Of a DNA stretch of 64,000 nt, positions 34,852 through 45,901 are shown in pieces. A model generated the notes under the pieces. The model did not search any database, was not told the DNA's origin, and saw only the letters and a list, made by a program, of their open reading frames with translations. A program made the position numbers and the translations under genes. Position 1 is the stretch's first letter, and each line of letters begins with the position of its first letter. This DNA comes from Halomonas sp. (GTDB lineage Bacteria > Pseudomonadota > Gammaproteobacteria > Pseudomonadales > Halomonadaceae): assembly GCA_020201095.1 (NCBI GenBank), contig JAIVHM010000005.1, forward strand, positions 4,953-68,952, in the 5' to 3' direction.

Positions 34852-35448
34852 ATGTTGGCATCAGAACCAATCTTGTGTCTGGCGTCCGCCTCGCCGCGAC
34901 GCCGGGAGCTACTCGCATCGATTGGCGTTTCGGTTCAGGTTGAGCCCTGCGACATAGACGAAACGCCATTGCCTGGCGAGCCCGCCGAGCCTTATGTATG
35001 CCGTTTGGCGCAAGCCAAGGCGCAAGCGGCGATGCCTATGACCTCGCTGCCGACACTGGGCTCTGATACGGCGGTGGTGGTGGATGGGCAGATATTAGGC
35101 AAGCCCGACGATGAGTTGCACGCCGCGAGCATGCTGCGGCGCCTCTCGGGACGACAGCACGACGTATTGACGGGTGTCGCAGTGTCGGGCCCCAAGGGTA
35201 TTTTGACGTGTTTTGTGACAACCCGCGTGACGCTGCGAGATATCAGTGACGCAGAGATATCCGCCTACTGGAATACTGCTGAGCCAAGTGACAAGGCCGG
35301 CGGTTACGCCATACAGGGCATGGCGTCGGTATTTGTGGCAGGTATTGAGGGCAGTCACTCGGCAGTAGTGGGTCTGCCACTTTTTGAAACAGCGTGCTTG
35401 CTGCGTCGCCAGGGGGTACCGTTATGGAATGGACATTTACCCGCGTAA
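34852..35448 (+). CDS. maf: Maf/YhdE nucleoside triphosphate pyrophosphatase
   Basis: LASASPRRRELL, DKAGGYAIQG, VVGLPL. Confidence 0.94.
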   Translation: MLASEPILCLASASPRRRELLASIGVSVQVEPCDIDETPLPGEPAEPYVCRLAQAKAQAAMPMTSLPTLGSDTAVVVDGQILGKPDDELHAASMLRRLSGRQHDVLTGVAVSGPKGILTCFVTTRVTLRDISDAEISAYWNTAEPSDKAGGYAIQGMASVFVAGIEGSHSAVVGLPLFETACLLRRQGVPLWNGHLPA

Positions 35449-35466
35449 ACCCACAAGGACTTTTGC

Positions 35467-36715
35467 ATGAGCGGTGAGGTTTTGATTAATCTGACGCCGA
35501 TGGAGACCCGCGTGGCGCTGGTCGAAAACGGCGTGTTGCAAGAGGCGTTAATTGAGCGTTCTCGTCGGCGGGGCATCGTCGGCAATATCTATAAAGGCAA
35601 GGTCGTACGCGTACTGCCTGGCATGCAGGCTGCCTTTGTCTCATCACGGCGTTTCCCAGCGTATTGAAGACGAGCGTGAACGTGAGCGATTAAAGGCATT
35701 GCTGGATAGCAGCATCGGCGAGCAGACCCTGGATGTAAGCGGTGGCTTTATCGTGCGTACCGCGGCTGAAGGGGTGGGCGATGAAGAGCTCATCGGCGAT
35801 ATGCATTTTTTGCTGCGGCTGTGGCGCAAGGTTAGCGAGCGGAAAATCTCAGCGGTGCCTGCAACGGTTATATACGATGACCTGCCTTTGTTCATGCGGA
35901 CTTTACGCGATGTCATGCGCGACGATATCGAAAAGATCCGCATCGACTCTCGGGAAAACTTTGTCAGGCTGGTGGAGTTTGCCGAGGAGTTCATGCCCGA
36001 CGCTGTAGACCGTATTGAGTATTATCCCGGTGAGCGCCCCATTTTTGACCTGTACAGTGTCGAAGACGAGATTCAGAAAGCGCTGGGACGTAAAGTACAA
36101 CTGAAGTCGGGTGGCTATTTGGTGATTGACCCCACCGAGGCCATGACCACCATTGATGTCAATACCGGTGGCTATGTGGGGCATCGCAACCTTGAAGAAA
36201 CTATCTTCAAGACCAACTTGGAGGCGGCAACGTCTATTGCCCGGCAACTACGCCTGCGTAATCTGGGTGGCATTATCATTATCGACTTTATCGATATGGA
36301 AGATGTTGAACACCAGCGCCAGGTGCTGCGCGTGCTGGAAAAGGCCCTGGAGCGGGACCATGCCAAGACAAAATGCACCGGTGTCACTGAGTTAGGCCTG
36401 GTGCAGTTGACCCGCAAGCGCACTCGGGAGAGTCTCGAGCAAACCTTATGTGAGGCCTGTCCAACCTGTAGTGGCAGAGGCACTCTAAAAACGCCCGAGA
36501 CGGTGTGTTACGAGATTTTCCGTGAGATTCTTCGTGAAGAGCGCGCCTACAGCGCTGAGACGTATATGGTGCTGGCTTCCCAGCCGGTGGTTGATCGCTT
36601 GTTGGATGAAGAGTCCGCTGCTGTTGCAGACCTGGAAGCTTTCATCAATAAGACGATACGCTTTCAGGTGGAACAGCACTATTCTCAAGAGCAGTACGAT
36701 ATTGTGTTGATGTAA
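35467..36715 (+). pseudogene. rng: Ribonuclease G, split by an internal deletion with frameshift at ~35640
   Basis: N-part ...GNIYKGKVVRVLPGMQAAFV. C-part in another frame HHGVSQRIED...IVRTAAEG...IDVNTG...IDFIDM...CPTCSGRG. The S1 segment (DIG...QVxKxP..KGARLT) is missing. Confidence 0.9.
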
Positions 36716-36718
36716 TCC

Positions 36719-39700
36719 ATGACGATTCGCCCGGTGGTGCGTATTGCGTTGAGAATCGCCGCGTGGTGGCTCGGTGCGCTGGCGATTATACTGCTATTGG
36801 TGCGCTTGGCGATGAGCCAGGCGGATGCGCTGGCGCCTCGTGTAGAGGCGTTCCTGGAATCCCAAGTCGGTGTGCCGGTTCATATCGAGCGGTTAACGCT
36901 CGCCCTGCAGCGAAATGATATTGAGCTCATGATGGGCGATGTCAGCGCTCAAACACCGAATGGCTACCCCCTGTTTAAGCTGGACCATGTAACCCTGCGC
37001 TTGGACGTGTGGGCGTCGCTTAAAGAGCGCGCGCCTATCTTCAATGACGCCGATATTCGCGGCACCGAGTTCCACCTTTACCGACTCTTCAGCGACAGGT
37101 GGGAGTGGCCAGCGCCCGCCAAACTGCCAGTGGTAGACGAGCAGCCCGCTATCAACTTAACCGCGCTGGATCGCTGGACGGGAATTCTCCTCCGCCAGCG
37201 GTTGAGCGTGGAAGACACTCGACTGGTGCTTCACGGTGAGAATAATACGGTCGATATACATGCGCCGACACTGTTGCTGGGAGGCGACGAAAATCACACC
37301 CAGCTTGAAGGCAGTATTAATATTATCGATCAGACGGAAGATGAGCCCTCAAGGCCGTTGCCGTTGGCGTTTCTTCAGGCGGAGGTCTCGCCGGGGGAAG
37401 AAGGCTATCGAGACTTTTCGGCGGCGTTGAACCTGGATGTTCAGCTTGATCATTTGGCGCTGCTGGCCGATGTCATACGGCCCGAGTATATCCCCCAGAT
37501 TACCCAAGCTGGGGGTGATGCGCGCCTCTGGGGGCAGTGGTACAAAGGCCAGTTGGATCAGGCCCGCGTGGGGGTGGAAATACCGCAGGTGACGCTGCGC
37601 CACGATGTGCAGCGGGCCATATTGAGAGATGTAGAAGCCTTGGGACAGTGGCGGCGAGACGGTGATGGTGGTGAAGCCTGGGTGAGTGGCGATGCGGAAA
37701 ATGTCGAGTGGGCTGAGCCCTCGGGCGTCAGCGGTGGCCCCGCACTGCCAAGGCATTGGTACGTGACCCACCAGCCTGATGATTGGGAGCTGCGCACCAG
37801 CGCTTTTGAATTGGCATCGCTCGCCGCATGGCGTGATTATGTACTGATGCCAGAATCTGTTACCCGTGTGCTACAAACGCTCTCTCCGCGTGGCCAGGTG
37901 GAAGGGTTTCGGATTGGTCAGAAAGAAGGTGAATGGGGTGTTGACGCTGCCATCAGCAACCTCGAAGCATTGCCCTGGGAGCAGGCGCCAGGGGGAGGCC
38001 CGCTGGATGCTTGGGTACAGGCACGCGATTTCAGGGGGCGGGTTCAATTTGCCAACCGTCGCGAAAGCACGCTTTATTTCCCGGAATTTTTTGATGCTCC
38101 CATGCAGCTGCAGCATGCCACAGGGCAGGTGGAGTGGGTTTACGATGGCCCTCGGGCGCTCGTCAGTGGGCGCGATATCACGCTTGATTGGGAGGGTGCG
38201 CGCGTCAACGGTGGCTTTGGGTTAGTAACTGATGCTGATCGTGGGCAGTTCGGCCTGGACATTGACTTTCAGGACGTCGATGCCCTTGAGAACCCGCTTG
38301 CGCAGTGGGTGCCAATGAAGGCGCTAGAACCGGAGTTGCGCGAGTGGCTGAGTAACGGTGTGGGTGGATATGTCACGCAAGGCGCGTTAAAACTCAGCCA
38401 GCCTTTAGGTGATGACGTTGAGTCTGACGCGTTAACGTCCACCCTTGAGTTGACGCTGCGTGATGGACGCTTGCCCATAGCCCCTGACTGGCCAATGCTT
38501 GAGGGTTTGGCCGGTCGCTTGAAGTGGCAAAACGGCCGTCTATTGGCAGAGGTTGAGCGTGGCCAAGCGCAAGGGGTCGTGCTAAGCGATGGCGCGGTTC
38601 AATTACAGGATGATGTGCTGAACCTGTCTGGCCGGTGGCAGGCAAGCGGGCAAAACGCGCTGGCGTTGTTGTCCGCGATGCCCGATATGGGGACGCCCGA
38701 CATTAGTGCCCTTGACCTTCAGGGTGATATTGACGGTGACGTGGCACTTGCCATGTCGCTGGACGATGAAGACGACCTCACGCTGGAAGTCAATGCCGAA
38801 CCCAGGGACATGCAGATAGGTTATGGTGAGCTTGCTGAGCGCATTGAGTCGCTGCAGGGCCAGATTTCCTGGCAGCAACGGGGCGAGCAGAGCGCACTGG
38901 TGGGCCAGTTGAACGGGCAGCTATTGGATGGTGCGATTCAAGCGGCGATTGATACCCGGCAAGACAGTGTCGCGCTTCAGGGCGAGGCGTCCGCCAGCGG
39001 TTTGTTGGGCCTGGCAGGGCTAAGCACAGACGCAGCAAGGTCGCTTGCCGAGGGCCGGTCATCCTGGCAGGGGCAGCTAACGCTATCGCCTTCCCCCAGG
39101 CTGGCGATAGAAAGCAATTGGCGAGGCATGGCAATTAAGCTGCCCGCTCCGTTTGCTAAAAGCGCTCAGCAGGCATGGCCCTGGACCCTGACAGCGGACC
39201 TTGAGCCTTTACGTATTCAGAGCCGCTTAGCCGATATTGCCGATTTGCATATTCAGTCCACCGCTGGCGGTGAGCTTGCGGGCAGCGTTCGCCTGGGCGA
39301 GGCCTCTCGTCGCACGCCGGACTGGCGACAAGCCCCCGGCTGGGAGCTGGCTGCCGAGCTTGAGCGTTTGGATATCGCCGCATGGCAGACGGCGCTAGCG
39401 CCCCTCGTTCAGGGCGGCGGTTCGGCAGGCGCTGGCGATACATCACTTTCAACCTTCCCGCCGCTGTCGCTGAATGTTGCTACGTCTTGCCTGGTCTATC
39501 AGCAGGCTTGCCTGGGGGGCGGTAGTGCCGAGGCCACTCTGCACGACGGTAACATGTCGTTGATGATGGATAGCGATCTGGTAAGGGGGCGCGCTGAGTA
39601 TCGTCCCACTGGGACGGTACCATTGGATATTGCACTCACTCAGCTCTCTTTGGACCCCATTGTGGAAGCGGTAGCTGGAGGTGGTCGCGAGCAACAGACG

Positions 39701-40597
39701 GTGCCTATGCCGTCTTCCTGGACAGACTCGATTGAAACAACGACGCCTGAAAAACCGACCCCAATGGCATTGCCCACATGGCTTTCGGATATTCCCGACG
39801 GTCGGTTGCGGCTGTCCGAGATGTTGCTTGAGGGTAAGCGGATGGGTCCGTTAACAGCGTTTTGGCATGCCGATAGTGACGGTCTTTCGCTGGAACCTAT
39901 TGGCTTGACGCTGGGTCAACTTACTGCCTCCGGCGCGCTGCATTGGGAAGGTGGTGACGCCACCAGCCGAACGCGTGCGGAAGTGGCGATCAAGGGGGGC
40001 AATATTGCCACCGCGCTTGAACGTCTTGATCAGCCGGTGGCCATGCGCAGCCGAAGCACCCAGGTGGATGCATCGCTTGCCTGGCCGGGCGCCCCATGGC
40101 AGTTGGATCTTGCTAACGCGGGTGGGGAGATGACGACTGACATTCGTGATGGTCGCTTTCTTACCCTGGACTCGGCACCGGCCCGCCTGGTGGGGCTGCT
40201 AAACTTTGATAATATTTTACGCCGCTTGCGGCTGGATTTTTCCGACGTAACCGGGCAAGGCACGGCATTTGACCGTCTCCATGGCGCTGCGGATATTGCC
40301 AACGGTAAGCTTATGCTGCGCGGCCCATTGCAAATCGAAGCGCCCGCCGCCACGCTATCCCTTAGTGGCGACGTTGATTTGATGAGCCGTGAACTTGATC
40401 AACGCCTTGGCGTCGCATTACCGGTAAGCCAAAACTTACCGATGGCGGCGATTGCCATCGGGGCACCCGTGGTGGGCGGCGCATTATTTTTAGCCGATCA
40501 GTTGTTTGGCGACGCCTTGGATCAGGCAACCACGATTTATTACCGTGTGGAAGGGCCTTGGGCCTCACCGCAAGTGACTTTAGAAGGTTCTCGATGA
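36719..40597 (+). CDS. yhdP: YhdP (AsmA-like) intermembrane phospholipid transporter
   Basis: 1292 aa, N-terminal TM, C-terminal [10 protein letters not shown] and [10 protein letters not shown]; located between rng and tldD. Confidence 0.88.
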   Translation: MTIRPVVRIALRIAAWWLGALAIILLLVRLAMSQADALAPRVEAFLESQVGVPVHIERLTLALQRNDIELMMGDVSAQTPNGYPLFKLDHVTLRLDVWASLKERAPIFNDADIRGTEFHLYRLFSDRWEWPAPAKLPVVDEQPAINLTALDRWTGILLRQRLSVEDTRLVLHGENNTVDIHAPTLLLGGDENHTQLEGSINIIDQTEDEPSRPLPLAFLQAEVSPGEEGYRDFSAALNLDVQLDHLALLADVIRPEYIPQITQAGGDARLWGQWYKGQLDQARVGVEIPQVTLRHDVQRAILRDVEALGQWRRDGDGGEAWVSGDAENVEWAEPSGVSGGPALPRHWYVTHQPDDWELRTSAFELASLAAWRDYVLMPESVTRVLQTLSPRGQVEGFRIGQKEGEWGVDAAISNLEALPWEQAPGGGPLDAWVQARDFRGRVQFANRRESTLYFPEFFDAPMQLQHATGQVEWVYDGPRALVSGRDITLDWEGARVNGGFGLVTDADRGQFGLDIDFQDVDALENPLAQWVPMKALEPELREWLSNGVGGYVTQGALKLSQPLGDDVESDALTSTLELTLRDGRLPIAPDWPMLEGLAGRLKWQNGRLLAEVERGQAQGVVLSDGAVQLQDDVLNLSGRWQASGQNALALLSAMPDMGTPDISALDLQGDIDGDVALAMSLDDEDDLTLEVNAEPRDMQIGYGELAERIESLQGQISWQQRGEQSALVGQLNGQLLDGAIQAAIDTRQDSVALQGEASASGLLGLAGLSTDAARSLAEGRSSWQGQLTLSPSPRLAIESNWRGMAIKLPAPFAKSAQQAWPWTLTADLEPLRIQSRLADIADLHIQSTAGGELAGSVRLGEASRRTPDWRQAPGWELAAELERLDIAAWQTALAPLVQGGGSAGAGDTSLSTFPPLSLNVATSCLVYQQACLGGGSAEATLHDGNMSLMMDSDLVRGRAEYRPTGTVPLDIALTQLSLDPIVEAVAGGGREQQTVPMPSSWTDSIETTTPEKPTPMALPTWLSDIPDGRLRLSEMLLEGKRMGPLTAFWHADSDGLSLEPIGLTLGQLTASGALHWEGGDATSRTRAEVAIKGGNIATALERLDQPVAMRSRSTQVDASLAWPGAPWQLDLANAGGEMTTDIRDGRFLTLDSAPARLVGLLNFDNILRRLRLDFSDVTGQGTAFDRLHGAADIANGKLMLRGPLQIEAPAATLSLSGDVDLMSRELDQRLGVALPVSQNLPMAAIAIGAPVVGGALFLADQLFGDALDQATTIYYRVEGPWASPQVTLEGSR

Positions 40598-42045
40598 CCG
40601 CACACACTAGCGATTTACAAACTGCCGTTTCGATTTTGCTCACGCCAGGCGGACTGGACCTTGACGCTTTGGACAGCGGCCTGGGCTATGCCATGGGAGC
40701 AGGCGTTGACTACGCTGATCTTTACTTTCAGCGCTCCTGGCAAGAGGGCTGGGTGCTGGAAGACGGTGAAGTAAAAGAGGCAAGCTACAATATTGATGGA
40801 GGGGTCGGTGTTCGTGCGCTGGCTGGCGAAAAAACCGGTTTTGCCTACTCCAACCAGATCACCGCCGATGCGTTGATGGATACTGGGCGTACGGCATCCG
40901 GTATCGTGCGTAGCGGTAAGCGCCTGACTGGTCAGTCGGTTAACCCGGTGACGGCAGCGTCCTACTATGCTGGCATCGATCCGCTCGCTGGGCTCAGTGC
41001 TGACGAAAAAGTCACCATGCTGAAAGACGCTGATCGTATCGCTCGCGCGGCTGATCCAAGCGTTTCTCAAGTGAGCGCGTCACTCTCTGGTACCTACGAA
41101 GTGGTGCTGGTGCGCGCCAGTGACGGTACGTTGGCAACCGATATTCGCCCCCTGGTGCGCTTCAATGTCAGTGTAATCGCCGTCAAGAACGGTCGCCGCG
41201 AACGCGGCAGTGCCGGTGGCGGCGGACGTTATTCGATGTCGCGGCTGCGCGATGAACAGGTCTCGGAGCGCTACGCCAAAGAGGCCGTGCGCCAAGCCTT
41301 GGTTAACCTTGAGGCGGTCGATGCCCCCGCCGGGCAAATGCCGGTGGTTTTGGGGGCCGGTTGGCCGGGTATATTGCTTCATGAAGCCGTTGGCCATGGC
41401 CTGGAGGGTGATTTTAATCGCAAAGGGAGTTCGGCGTTTTCCGGGCGAATGGGCCAGCGCGTGGCGTCGAAAGGCGTCACTGTGGTGGACGATGCCACGT
41501 TAAGCGACGGGCGTGGCTCGCTCAGCGTCGATGACGAGGGCACGCCGGGGCAATATACCTCGTTGATTGAAGACGGCGTATTGACCGGCTATATGCAAGA
41601 CAAGCTTAATGCCCGATTGATGGGCATGGCACCCACCGGCAACGCCCGTCGAGAGTCGTTCGCGCATTTGCCGATGCCGCGCATGACTAACACCGTGATG
41701 CTCGCGGGGCAGGATGAGCCAAGCGATATTATCAAAAGCGTCAAACGGGGCATTTATGCCGTGAGCTTTGGCGGAGGTCAGGTGGATATCACCTCCGGGA
41801 AGTTCGTGTTTTCGGCGAGCGAAGCCTATTTGATTGAAGACGGTCGCGTAACCGCCCCGGTCAAGGGTGCTACGCTGATTGGCAATGGCCCTGATGCCAT
41901 GAGTCGTGTCTCGATGATTGGTCATGACATGGCGCTAGATACTGGGATTGGCGTTTGCGGTAAAGAAGGTCAAGGCGTGCCGGTGGGCGTCGGTCAGCCG
42001 ACGCTGAAAGTTGACGAACTGACCGTTGGCGGCACGCAGTCTTGA
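40594..42045 (+). CDS. tldD: Metalloprotease TldD
   Basis: [41 protein letters not shown]. Confidence 0.97.
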   Translation: MTAHTSDLQTAVSILLTPGGLDLDALDSGLGYAMGAGVDYADLYFQRSWQEGWVLEDGEVKEASYNIDGGVGVRALAGEKTGFAYSNQITADALMDTGRTASGIVRSGKRLTGQSVNPVTAASYYAGIDPLAGLSADEKVTMLKDADRIARAADPSVSQVSASLSGTYEVVLVRASDGTLATDIRPLVRFNVSVIAVKNGRRERGSAGGGGRYSMSRLRDEQVSERYAKEAVRQALVNLEAVDAPAGQMPVVLGAGWPGILLHEAVGHGLEGDFNRKGSSAFSGRMGQRVASKGVTVVDDATLSDGRGSLSVDDEGTPGQYTSLIEDGVLTGYMQDKLNARLMGMAPTGNARRESFAHLPMPRMTNTVMLAGQDEPSDIIKSVKRGIYAVSFGGGQVDITSGKFVFSASEAYLIEDGRVTAPVKGATLIGNGPDAMSRVSMIGHDMALDTGIGVCGKEGQGVPVGVGQPTLKVDELTVGGTQS

Positions 42046-42048
42046 ACA

Positions 42049-42567
42049 TTAAAGCCCAGTGGTATCGCGTAAAAATTTAAAAAGCTTGCGAGCGCTGGCA
42101 GGCGGCTTGTTTTGGTCGCGTTCACGCCGGGCATTACGAATCAACTGGCGTAAGGTTTGAAGGTCAGTGTCCGGGTTTTCGCTGAGCCACTGTTCAGCGG
42201 CCGGGTCGCCTTCATCAATCAGCCGGTCGCGCCATTTTTCAAGCCGATGAAACGCATGGTCACGCTGCTGTTTTTCTTGTTCGATGCCATCGAACACGGC
42301 CTGGATGGCGGCAAGGTCTTCCTTGCGAATTAATTTGCCAACGTACTGCATGTGCCGACGGCGTCCTTCATGGGAGCGGATGCGTGAGGTTTCGTCGATG
42401 GCACGCAGCATGTCGTCGGACAGCGGGAAACGCGCCCGCTCGGCTGGCTGCATGGTAATTAAAGTTTCCCCCAATGCCTGAAGTGCGTGCATTTCGCGCT
42501 TCATCTGAGACTTGCTGGGGCGTTCTTCCATCTCGCTGTCTAGGGGTTCGGGGCGTTGTTTCGGCAT
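42049..42567 (-). CDS. yjgA: Ribosome-associated protein YjgA/DarP
   Basis: SKSQMKREM..LQALG, RRRHMQYVGKLIR, LRQLIRNA. Confidence 0.93.
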   Translation of the reverse strand: MPKQRPEPLDSEMEERPSKSQMKREMHALQALGETLITMQPAERARFPLSDDMLRAIDETSRIRSHEGRRRHMQYVGKLIRKEDLAAIQAVFDGIEQEKQQRDHAFHRLEKWRDRLIDEGDPAAEQWLSENPDTDLQTLRQLIRNARRERDQNKPPASARKLFKFLRDTTGL

Positions 42568-42662
42568 CGTGGGTTCTCATCAACAGAATTCGTAGCTTCA
42601 TTATATCAGGCTGCGATGCTCAATATTGATCTACCGACCATGTCGGTGGTTAAGGAGATTGT

Positions 42663-44003
42663 ATGGCACAAGCGTTCGACGCATCTGCCCAGCAGGCACT
42701 GCTCACTCTTCGCGCTGAAAGCGCGCTGGCAATGGCCAAACGAATGGGGGCAGATGCCGCTGAGGTGGGCGCAAGTGTTGACCAAGGAATTGGCATCAGT
42801 GTCCGCCAGGGCGAAGTGGAAACCGTTGAACTTTCCCGGGATCAGGGGATTGCCATCACCGTCTATGTGGGTCAGCGCAAAGGTAGCGCGTCGTCCACGG
42901 ATGCCAGCGAGGCTTCACTTCAGGCAACCGTCGAAAAAGCCCTTGCGATTGCTCGCTATACGGGCGAGGACCCGGCGGCAGGTCTCGCCGATGCGCCACT
43001 TATGGCGACTGATATGCCTGATTTGAAAGTCCACCATCCTTGGGCGTTAACCACTGACCAAGCCATTGAAATTGCGCTGAGCTGTGAGCAAGCAGGCAGG
43101 GAAGTAGCGGGGATCACCCAGTCGGATGGTGCATCGCTGTCGAGCGGTGAAGGTGTGCGTGTTTACGCCAATAGCCATGGCTTCATCGGCACCCAAAAAG
43201 GTAGCCGACATTCGCTTTCTTGCATGCTAATTGCAGAAGATGAACAGGGCATGCAGCGGGATATGGATTATACCTCGGCGCGTAACCCTGATGACTTATC
43301 TGACCCAGCTGCCGTGGGTCGCGAGGCGGCTAAGCGTACCTTGCGCCGCTTGGGGGCCAAGCGTCCGCCAACGGGCACCTATCCGGTGTTGTTCGACCCA
43401 AGTCTGGCAAGTGGTTTGGTGGGCCATCTGATGGGCGCGCTGGCGGGCGGCGCGCTATATCGCCAAGCGTCATTTCTGTGTGACCGGCTCAATACAGCGC
43501 TGTTCCCCGACTGGTTCAGCCTTGAGGAGCGGCCGATGGAAATTGGCGCAACGGCAAGCTCTCCCTTTGACGGGGAGGGCGTTCAAACGCGCAACAACCG
43601 CTTTATTGAACACGGCAAGATAGCGAGCTATATGCTGTCTTCTTACAGCGCACGGCGGTTGGGTATGAGCACGACCGGTAACGCTGGCGGCGCACGCAAT
43701 ATGCGCATTACTGCGCCGTTGACTAGCCAGTCAGCTCTGTTCGAGCAAATGGGCACAGGCGTCTGGGTGACCGAGCTGATGGGTCAGGGAATTAACGGCG
43801 TGACCGGGGATTATTCGCGCGGTGCGGCGGGTTTTTGGGTCGAAAAAGGGGTGGTTCAGTACCCGATCGAGGAGTTCACCATTGCGGGCAACCTGGAGCG
43901 TATGTTCGGGGGCTTGGTGGGCGTGGGTGATGATATCGATCGTCGCGGCAGCATCCATTCCGGTAGCTGGCTGATTGATGGTATGACCATCGCCGGTAAC
44001 TGA
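42663..44003 (+). CDS. pmbA: Metalloprotease PmbA (TldE)
   Basis: PFDGEGV, TGNAGG, GVTGDYSRGAAG, TIAGN. Confidence 0.96.
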   Translation: MAQAFDASAQQALLTLRAESALAMAKRMGADAAEVGASVDQGIGISVRQGEVETVELSRDQGIAITVYVGQRKGSASSTDASEASLQATVEKALAIARYTGEDPAAGLADAPLMATDMPDLKVHHPWALTTDQAIEIALSCEQAGREVAGITQSDGASLSSGEGVRVYANSHGFIGTQKGSRHSLSCMLIAEDEQGMQRDMDYTSARNPDDLSDPAAVGREAAKRTLRRLGAKRPPTGTYPVLFDPSLASGLVGHLMGALAGGALYRQASFLCDRLNTALFPDWFSLEERPMEIGATASSPFDGEGVQTRNNRFIEHGKIASYMLSSYSARRLGMSTTGNAGGARNMRITAPLTSQSALFEQMGTGVWVTELMGQGINGVTGDYSRGAAGFWVEKGVVQYPIEEFTIAGNLERMFGGLVGVGDDIDRRGSIHSGSWLIDGMTIAGN

Positions 44004-44024
44004 CCGATCGTTGAAGACAGGGCT

Positions 44025-44294
44025 TTACTTGTCTTCGTCAAAGCGGGCGTCGAACAGCGATTGAATGGCATCCAGCGCCTGTTCGGCGTCGTCGCCTTCT
44101 GCTTTGATGCATAGCTCCGTGCCACAGGGGGCCGCCAGCATCAGAAGCGCCATGATGTTGGCAGCATCAGCTTCCTGCTGCTGTTTGAAAACGCGTACGT
44201 TGGCGTCGAATTGCTGACTGCACTGCACAAGCTTCGTGGCGGCCCTTGCGTGGAGACCGCGTTGGTTAGTGAGGGTAAGTCTACGTTCTGGCAC
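44025..44294 (-). CDS. npr: Phosphocarrier NPr/HPr
   Basis: NQRGLHARAA, IMALLMLAA; last gene of the rpoN operon. Confidence 0.92.
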   Translation of the reverse strand: MPERRLTLTNQRGLHARAATKLVQCSQQFDANVRVFKQQQEADAANIMALLMLAAPCGTELCIKAEGDDAEQALDAIQSLFDARFDEDK

Positions 44295-44354
44295 CCTGGT
44301 TCCTTTTGGCTATTAGGGTCTTCGCGATAGAGAATGTTCTTCAATGAGTTCGAA

Positions 44355-44950
44355 CTAAAGCGGCGCGTTGACCGTATATTGCAAACCCAGCTCGCGGTGG
44401 CGTAGCTGTACTTCGCCCAGTTGCCACGTTTATAGCCAAAGGACTCGAACGTCAGTGTTAGCTGGTCGCGCCGCTGATGAGCTACCTGGTCAGTGATGCG
44501 TCGACGAAGGTCATGCACTGAAAGCCGTGTTGTGTCGATGGTTAAATCGGCCAGGTCGCGTATTTCGTGCAGCGTTTGCTCTTCCTTATCGATGGCTTCT
44601 TCTAGCGTGAGGTTACTATTGCGTGTTAATGGGTGTCGCCTGCGGGTAGCTGAATAGCGCTCAAGCAAAATGCGTGCGTCGGTGGTGAGGTACACGATCT
44701 GGCACTTAATGGTCCGCAGCCGAAGCTCTTCAAGTAATTCTGGAAGTTTGGCAAGTGCGCCTGGCAGGTTGCGTGCGTCAATGCTGACAGCTAGATGAGT
44801 ACGGTCGCCCTGATCACGTAACTCATCCACCAATGAGTCCAGCAGCATGGCAGGGAGGTTATCAATAGCGTAATAGCCCAGATCTTCCAGCGCTTGTAAG
44901 GCTATCGATTTGCCTGACCCCGATCGGCCACTAATAATGACGAGTTGCAT
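44355..44950 (-). pseudogene. rapZ: RNase adapter RapZ, internal deletion with frameshift at ~44423
   Basis: MQLVIISGRSGSGKS, IDNLP, TRRRHPL, ESFGYKRG, then an abrupt join. The true C-terminus QLGEVQLRHRELGLQYTVNAPL* (stop 44355) is in another frame; DVRxLPNP and GCTGGQHRSV are absent. Confidence 0.9.
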
Positions 44951-45028
44951 GAAGGCTCTCTTGCTTGCGGTCAAGCGATTTGGATCAACGACCAGCGATC
45001 AAGACCTGTCTTTCAGCGCACCGGCTTG

Positions 45029-45502
45029 TTAAAGGCTGGCTGCCTGGTCGCGTATCTTGGCGGAGATGAGGTCCAGCAATTCACGTTGACTACCCGTTTT
45101 GCGAAGCTGCTGGCGCGTGTCGGCGTCGTTCATGATGGAGGCGACCTGGCCCAGCAGTGCCAAGTGTGTGTCGTCGGCTTCTTCGGGCACTAGCAGAACA
45201 AACACCAGGTCAACCGGGTCACCGTCGATGGCGTCAAAGTCGACAGCTTCATTGAGTTTGAGAAAGCTGGCGATAGGCCCATCACAATGCGGACTTCGTG
45301 CATGGGGAATTGCCACGCCATTGCCTATTCCCGTACTACCCAGGCGTTCACGGCCAATCAAACGGCTGAACACTTCCTGGCTGTCGAGGCTGGGGATGTT
45401 TTGTGCGATGAAGGTGCTGAAAAACTCCAGCACCCGTTTTTTGCTGCCCCCGGGAACGTCGTAGAGAACGCGTTCCGGGGGGAGGATAGTGGCCAACGTC
45501 AT
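45029..45502 (-). CDS. ptsN: PTS nitrogen regulatory IIA (EIIA-Ntr)
   Basis: SKKRVLE, RERLGSTGIGNGVAIPH, FDAIDG. Confidence 0.96.
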   Translation of the reverse strand: MTLATILPPERVLYDVPGGSKKRVLEFFSTFIAQNIPSLDSQEVFSRLIGRERLGSTGIGNGVAIPHARSPHCDGPIASFLKLNEAVDFDAIDGDPVDLVFVLLVPEEADDTHLALLGQVASIMNDADTRQQLRKTGSQRELLDLISAKIRDQAASL

Positions 45503-45506
45503 TGAA

Positions 45507-45815
45507 TTAACGCACACCTGCGCCCTGGGCGCGAGCTTGTGCTTTTTCCTTATGCTTTACGAGTTGTCGATCAATTTTATCCGCTAGAGCGTCAATGGCG
45601 GCGTACATGTCATTATCGAGGGCCTCGGCATGCAAGTCAGCGCCTGCAGCGTGCAGTGTACAGGCAGCCTGTTGGCGCTCTTTTTCGACCGAGAGCGTGA
45701 CCTGCACAGTGGTGATGTTGTCGTAATGGCGCTCAACGCGTTCCAGCTTTTCGTTGACATAGTCACGCAAGGCGTCAGTCAGTTCTACATGATGACCGGT
45801 GATATTGACTTGCAT
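45507..45815 (-). CDS. hpf: Ribosome hibernation promoting factor
   Basis: MQVNITGHHVELTDALR, DMYAAID, RQLVKHKEK. Confidence 0.96.
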   Translation of the reverse strand: MQVNITGHHVELTDALRDYVNEKLERVERHYDNITTVQVTLSVEKERQQAACTLHAAGADLHAEALDNDMYAAIDALADKIDRQLVKHKEKAQARAQGAGVR

Positions 45816-45901
45816 TGACGTACTCCTTATCCGTCGGACTGTCCTTAGATTGTAACCCTTTTTGGCGTTAAGCAAAGCCCTTGTGTTGAGTTTCCGTTTA
45901 C

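Noticed and set aside
40590-40600. No carbon-nitrogen hydrolase gene between yhdP and tldD (present in some relatives), considered as a seventh deletion
   Set aside because: The yhdP stop and tldD start overlap as ATGA with both ends intact, which looks like a natural coupled junction.
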